64,000 bases of DNA from the human T2T-CHM13v2.0 reference genome, Homo sapiens, in the NCBI RefSeq assembly GCF_009914755.1, contig NC_060935.1; one strand, 5' to 3'. This document shows, piece after piece, positions 58,388-64,000 of this stretch; positions within the stretch are counted from its first letter, which is position 1; each line of letters begins with the position of its first letter. A program made the translations under genes and the position numbers. The notes under the pieces were generated by a model, which had not been told where the DNA came from, did no database searches, and saw nothing but the letters and a program-made list of their open reading frames with translations.

Positions 58388-59284
58388 TATTGCGGGATCT
58401 GGCCAGCAGCCCGCAATGCAATGGGGCTCTCTCTTTGTTCCCAGGCAGATCAGCAGGTTGAGAAATAATAGACACACACAAGATAGTGAAAGCTGGGTCC
58501 GGGGGGGTCACTGCCTTCTGGTCCCACGGTGCCAACGATGCACTGGATATGCCAGCATTTATTATTAAGTTTAGTGAGGAGGGGGTAGGTTAGTGAGGGA
58601 TTTAGGGTCATTTGATTATGAGGTGAGATGGTCACATGGGGATGAAGTAATTCTTTAACATAACATTTGTATGTAGAAGTACAGTACATTTGTATGTAGA
58701 AGTACAGTATACAGAGATAAGAATTTACAATATAGTGTGTGCATCAGTAATTTCTAACAGAGGCTTAAAACAGAAACACAATCTTTCCATAACCTATGAT
58801 TAGCAAGATATTAATCAGCAGTAACAGTTGCAACAAAAGCTGGTTACAAACAATCCATAGAAACAGGACATGAAGCTAGACAACCGGTTAGACCAGAAAT
58901 TCTCAGAAGGGAGTATGCCTTAACCCTCAAGAGGCCTAGAAGAGCCGTGGCAAGATGAGGGCATTTATAGCCCTATCTTATCCATATGGACAGGCACCCC
59001 CCCATGCATCCGTTTATAGGCTCTCCACAAAGGTCGCATTCCATTCCTAGAGCTATGAACATCTGCTTTTCTGGGATAGGAATCTTGATGATGTGAAACC
59101 TCCCTGACTGCACGTCCATTCATAGGCTCTCTGCAGGGGGAAGCACATCACATGCTGTTGGCTCATTCTGGCAGTCCAACCTGGCATTGTCTTTACACAA
59201 TCCTGCATGCAATTTTTTATTTACAATAATCAGGAGCATTTCATCTTTTATTCCATAGCAATAGTTTCAGGGGGTCTCCCTACA
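58388..59284 (-). mobile_element. HERV-K 3' LTR, 897 bp (MER11D-like)
   Basis: Minus strand begins TGTAGGGAGACCCCCTGAAAC directly after polypurine tract AGAGAAAAGGGGGAGA (59300-59285); ends cccgcaaTA (degenerate CA). Confidence 0.85.
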
Positions 59285-61263
59285 TCTCCCCCTTTTCTCT
59301 GATTTAAATGAACCATAGCAATCATAGCTTGGTGCTGATCACAATTGGATTGAAGAATATTTTTTCCAATTTTACACATGAACAATAAACCAATAGCACA
59401 AATTATATACAAAACAAAATTAACGATAGTGGATCCTCCCAAAGATTTTACCTATTGAATGGGGTTGAGATTAGATAATCCCTCAGAGATACCACCTAAA
59501 ACTTCAGCACCAGGTAAAGCAGTTAAGTGTGCTTGTGAGGCCTCAAAAATCTGTTCTTTTAGCTTGCTTATGTCTAAACTTAAATTATCTTCACTTCCTT
59601 GTAAATGACAGTTTACTGATTCCCTATTGTAAACAGACTCATTTTATTGAAACGGAGTTGTACAAAAATTAGAAGTATTCCAATCACATTGCATTTGTAA
59701 TCTATGTTCTAAACTCATAATTTTATCTCCCATCCATGTAACAGTTTGTCTTAGGTCATTAATTTGGTTAGCCAATTTTTTATCAATACCTGACTGAGAA
59801 TTCCATATCTGAGTAGAATTTTTTTGCCATTTATCCACAAAATGAACAGTTTGAATAGATTGATGTAATGCAACTCCAGCAGTAGCAGCAGTCGCAGTTA
59901 CAGCAATCAAGCCCATTATTATTGCAATTAATGTAAAAATAAATCATTTACTCCTTTTAAGAATTTTCTGTAGAATATTGTTAATAACATGGATAGAGGG
60001 GGAAGATTCCCAAGGCCCATGTAAGGCTACAGGGAGCCAAATACCTTCTCTGGCTCTGACTATTAAAATACTATGATATTGATTAAAGGATGAGTCAATA
60101 CAAATACACAAGTAACAATTAACACAGGTAATTATGTTGGTTTCTGAACTATCATGCATCTTTCCTACTAATAACGTATATGGTAGTTTAACACAACTTT
60201 TAAGTGATATAGTTTTGTTGGACTCCATATAGATAGTATATATATTTTGAGGTGACAAGGTGGATTTACTTATAACACTTTCTCCAGCCCAAACTCTCAT
60301 ACCAGTCATAGCTATTGTTAATCTCCATAATTCTGAATGTTCAGGTTCTAAGTGCAGAACAATGAGCCTTGGCTTTGGAGGGGCAACCCCTGCCCCTTTC
60401 CACTTAAGAGGAAAAAAGGAGTTAAATCTACGATATAACAGGGGAGGGTTGTCACTACTTTTTTGATAAGTAATATCATAGAGAAAATGTTGACAATCTT
60501 TGTGACCTTGAGAGCAATCATTAGTAATATGACCTTTGGGAGCCCAGTCAACAATGGTGTACTGAGAAGAATTAAATAACACAGTTCCTTCTGAGCTAAC
60601 ACAATCTTTCCATATTAATTTGTCAGCATTTGAAGACAAGTTGAGAGATCATGCAGGTCCTAAAGGCTTATATTGGGTTGTGTGAATATATTCAGTGATT
60701 TCTGTTTTGATCTGCCTTAGAGGTTTTAATGAGAGCCCTGATACCAAGTGTCCCAAAGGAGGGACAGAGTGACCAGATGGTAGTGTGACCACCCAAGTTT
60801 GAATATCTAATGAGAGACATCCATTAGTGGGTCCCAGGCACAAAGGTGGATACCTAAAACCTAAAGTGATATTGAAAGGGATTCCTTCTTCTGAAGGTTG
60901 GGCAGGACAACGATCATCTACAGAACCAGGCATCCAAATACTATCATTAACATAGACCTCGATAGGAGCGTCCATCTATGTCATGGCTCGAATAAGAGGA
61001 GGAAAAGGAATATAGGCCCAATGTGTATAGTTTTTAACAGTCTGTGGGGCAACAGAGGGTAGAAGGATCAGTGTCATCAGGAGGAGGCAGAGGTTGAGCC
61101 AGACCTGGATCTCTGGAGACAAGTTGTTCAGGAAGGCTGACTGGATTGTCTGTTGTAAAGGAGTTAGCGTGGTCATTTTCTTCTTTTTGACGATTGGATG
61201 TGTTAGTTGTTTCTTGCTGTGGTGCTTTTTCAGCAAATTTCTCTGTCTCGTTGTTGTATGCAT
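59248..61263 (-). pseudogene. HERV-K env, single frame with five in-frame stops
   Basis: [41 protein letters not shown] fusion peptide, [21 protein letters not shown]; stops at 60976, 60649, 59944, 59644, 59452. Confidence 0.92.
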
Positions 61264-61433
61264 TTTCAGGACACAATTTCATGTGTCTAGCAGGAATCCA
61301 AACAGGAGATTGATGTTCACCTGGGGAAACACAAGCATAACCTCTTCCCCACGTTAAAATAGAATCTTTTGACCATATATTAGATTGAACATCTTTCCAC
61401 CATACTTCTCTTCCTTGGTTTACTGTAGGACGG

Positions 61434-63165
61434 TTACCAGAGAAATGTTTTTCTGGCATTAGTATAAGTGAGTTGATGAAATTGTTCTGCATCTGTAATG
61501 GCTAGAGAAACTAGAGTATCAACTTTATGATTACCACTGGATAAAGGTCCAGGCAAATTAGTATGAGAACGAATGTGAGTGAAGAAAAAAGAGTGGTTTC
61601 GGTTTTTTGTAACAAAGACAGTTTTTTGTAACAAAGAGAAAAAGGAAAACAGATTAGTGTCAGTAATATTTTTGATGGTAGCTGTTTCTATTGCCTTAGT
61701 GGCATGCACTACATATGCTGAGTCAGAGAAAATATTAAGAGACTGATCAAAATCCTGTAATGCAGAGATAACAGCAAACAACTCAGCTTTTTGAGCAGAA
61801 TTGTATGGAGTAGAAATGACTTTATCTTTTGGTCCTACATACCCTGCCTTTCCATTACTGGATCCATCACTAAAAATGGTAATGGCTGTCTCTAGTGGTG
61901 ATGAACGAGTAAGTTTTGGTAGAATCCAGGAAGTATTTCTTAGAAATTGAAAGAATTTTGACTTAGGCAAATGATCATCAATAGTGCCAATGAAGTCAGC
62001 CAGATTAGTCTGCCAGCACAAGGATGTAGAAAAGGCATTTTTAACTTCATTTTTTGACAAAGGGACTACAATAATGTTTGGATCAAAGCTGGAAACTTTA
62101 GTGATATGTTGACATCCTAACCCAATCAAAGTGGCTATTTGATCAAGATATATTGAAAGAGTTTTAAAGGCTGAATTAGGAAGAAATACCCATTCAACTA
62201 GAGAATCATTTTGTACTATAAGTCCCGTAGGAGAGTGGATGGAAGGAAAAACTAAAAATTGTAAAGACAAATTTGGGTCAATATGAGAGACTTGTGCCTC
62301 TCTCACTCTTTGTTTTACAAAAGACAACTCTTGTTTTGCTGGCTCAGATAGAGAGCAAGGACTGTTTAAATCTGTATCTCCTGATAAAGTGGCAAATAGA
62401 TGAAATAATGCATAAGTAGGGATGCCTAGGGTTGGTCTGAGATAATTGATGTCACCTCGTAATGTTTGAAAATCATTTAAGGTGTTTAAATTGTCAGTAT
62501 GAAGTTGGACTTTTTGGGGCTTAATGGAGTGAGCTTCTAGCTGCATTCCTAAGTACAGAAAAGGAGTGGCTTGTTGAATTTTATCAGGAGCAATGTGGAG
62601 TCCTGCATTGGCATCAGCTAATTTTAAAGAGGTAAAACATTGAATTAATTCATCTTTAGTGGAGGCAGCAATTAGTATATCATCCATATAATGAAGAATG
62701 TAATTATTTTTAAAAGTCTGTTGGATAGGTTGTAACACAGTACCGACAAACAACTGACAAATAGAAGGACTGTTAATCATTCCTTGAGGTAAAACTTTCC
62801 ATTGATATCTAGCTGCGGGAGCTGAATTGTTAATGGAAGGTATAGTGAAAGCAAATTTTTCACAGTCTGACTTGTCTAAAGGAATATGGAAAAAGCAGTC
62901 TTTAAGGTCAATGATAATTAAAGGCCATTCCTTAGGAATCATGGAGGGGGAGGGCATACCGGGTTGTAACACCCCCATAGGTTTAATAACTGCATTAGCA
63001 GCTCTTAAGTCTGTTACCATCCTCCATTTTCCTGACTTTTTTTGTACAACAAACACAGGAGAGTTCCATGAAGACAATGAGGGCTCAGTAGTGTTTGCTT
63101 GTAGTAAATCATTAACAATTTCAATTAAAGCCTCCAACTTGTGTTTGGACAGTGGCCACTGCTCT
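61434..63165 (-). pseudogene. HERV-K pol: open RT-connection-RNase H frame, integrase core deleted
   Basis: [53 protein letters not shown]; integrase only as the start (FHQLT) plus the C-terminus WWKD...WGRGYACV in another frame. Confidence 0.93.
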
Positions 63166-63184
63166 ACCTAAACAGGTGACTCAC

Positions 63185-63893
63185 GCATCCATTGTGCAGG
63201 GACAGAGGAAGAGAAGGAGAGTGAGGGCGCTGGGATGCGGACTGAGGGGAAGCAGGGTTCCAAGCCTCTGAAAGAAGGGGTCCCGGAGCATCAAAAGAAA
63301 CAGTGGGCTTAGAAAAGGGGAGAGGTCCAAAAGGACAAGAGGAATGAGAAACAGACCATTCAGAAGAATGCCACATGTCCTCCTCTGGCAGAGGGGGCAA
63401 CAGCTTAGTAGAAGAAGAGTTAACATATACAGTTTCCATGATAGGAGGCGGAGGGAGGGGATCATCACCAGGTTCCTCCTCTTGGGGAGAAAACAAGGAG
63501 AGATCGAATTCTTCTTCATCATCAGAAAGAGGACTAGTAGGGGGGTCAGCTACCCGAGGTAAAGGGAGCAGTTCACCATCTGCATTAACTTCTGGCAGTT
63601 GAAGAGGACCACCAGACTGAAAAGGAAGTAAAGCAACACAAATGAGAGCCCAGTCAGTACAAACAGAAATAGGAAGTAAAACACCATTCTCTCTTGAGTT
63701 GGCAGAGTGTGGCACCAACTCGATCCCAGTCTAACAGGTCCATAGAACCTTTGTCAGGAAACCAAGGACAATGTTTTTCAATAGTCTGAAATAAGAGAAT
63801 AAAGTTATTGGAATCAGCCTTGATTCCACCCTGTTTAAGAAGAAGTTTAATAAAAGACAGATAAGGCTGGTGTTTAAACTGTGATTGTCCCAT
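63185..63893 (-). pseudogene. HERV-K gag 5' part (MA + proline-rich region), frameshifted; CA/NC and pro absent
   Basis: MGQSQFKH..YLSFIKLLLKQGGIK..CPWFPDKGSMDLLDWDRVG is betaretroviral matrix; joins directly to pol PV*VEQWPL. Confidence 0.88.
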
Positions 63894-64000
63894 AATAAGC
63901 CTGGAATATTACTGGTCAACAAACCTGAGAAGAGGGGAGAGTCGGAAAAACCATACCCGGAGACCTTACCGTTGAGACTGAAGACTAGTCATCACAAACT

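Larger units (their letters stand above)
58388..64000 (-). mobile_element. Internally deleted betaretrovirus-like provirus, HERV-K (probably HML-7/HERVK11D); continues beyond the window
   Basis: gag(MA)-pol-env-PPT-LTR order on minus; major splice donor aacg|gtaagg at 63969. Confidence 0.9.

Noticed and set aside
61100-61263. rec-like accessory gene from the basic env leader
   Set aside because: A basic stretch is present, but no convincing donor/acceptor pair or second exon could be identified by eye.

Overview
Primate (almost certainly human, 11q14.3) genomic DNA. 1-11.3 kb holds the 3' end of the atypical cadherin FAT3 (+): a 114-nt coding exon, two in-frame cassette exons (60 and 36 nt), the terminal coding exon and a ~5.3-kb 3'UTR. 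The rest is repeat-rich intergenic DNA (Alu, MIR, L2, Tigger/MER transposons, MaLR/ERV LTRs, one two-LTR MST element). It also contains a processed SNRPG pseudogene and, at the right end, an internally deleted minus-strand HERV-K provirus (probably HML-7/MER11D) with an open RT-RNase H frame. The most striking object is an INTRON-CONTAINING eEF1A gene relic at 28.0-31.4 kb. Five coding exons lie on + with introns at the EEF1A1 positions, while its last-exon tail and polyA signal lie upstream on the - strand. The junction carries a 111-bp inverted templated copy. This suggests an ancient eEF1A paralog broken by a complex inversion/deletion rather than a retrocopy. Repeat subfamily names and locus symbols come from recall, not from a database search.
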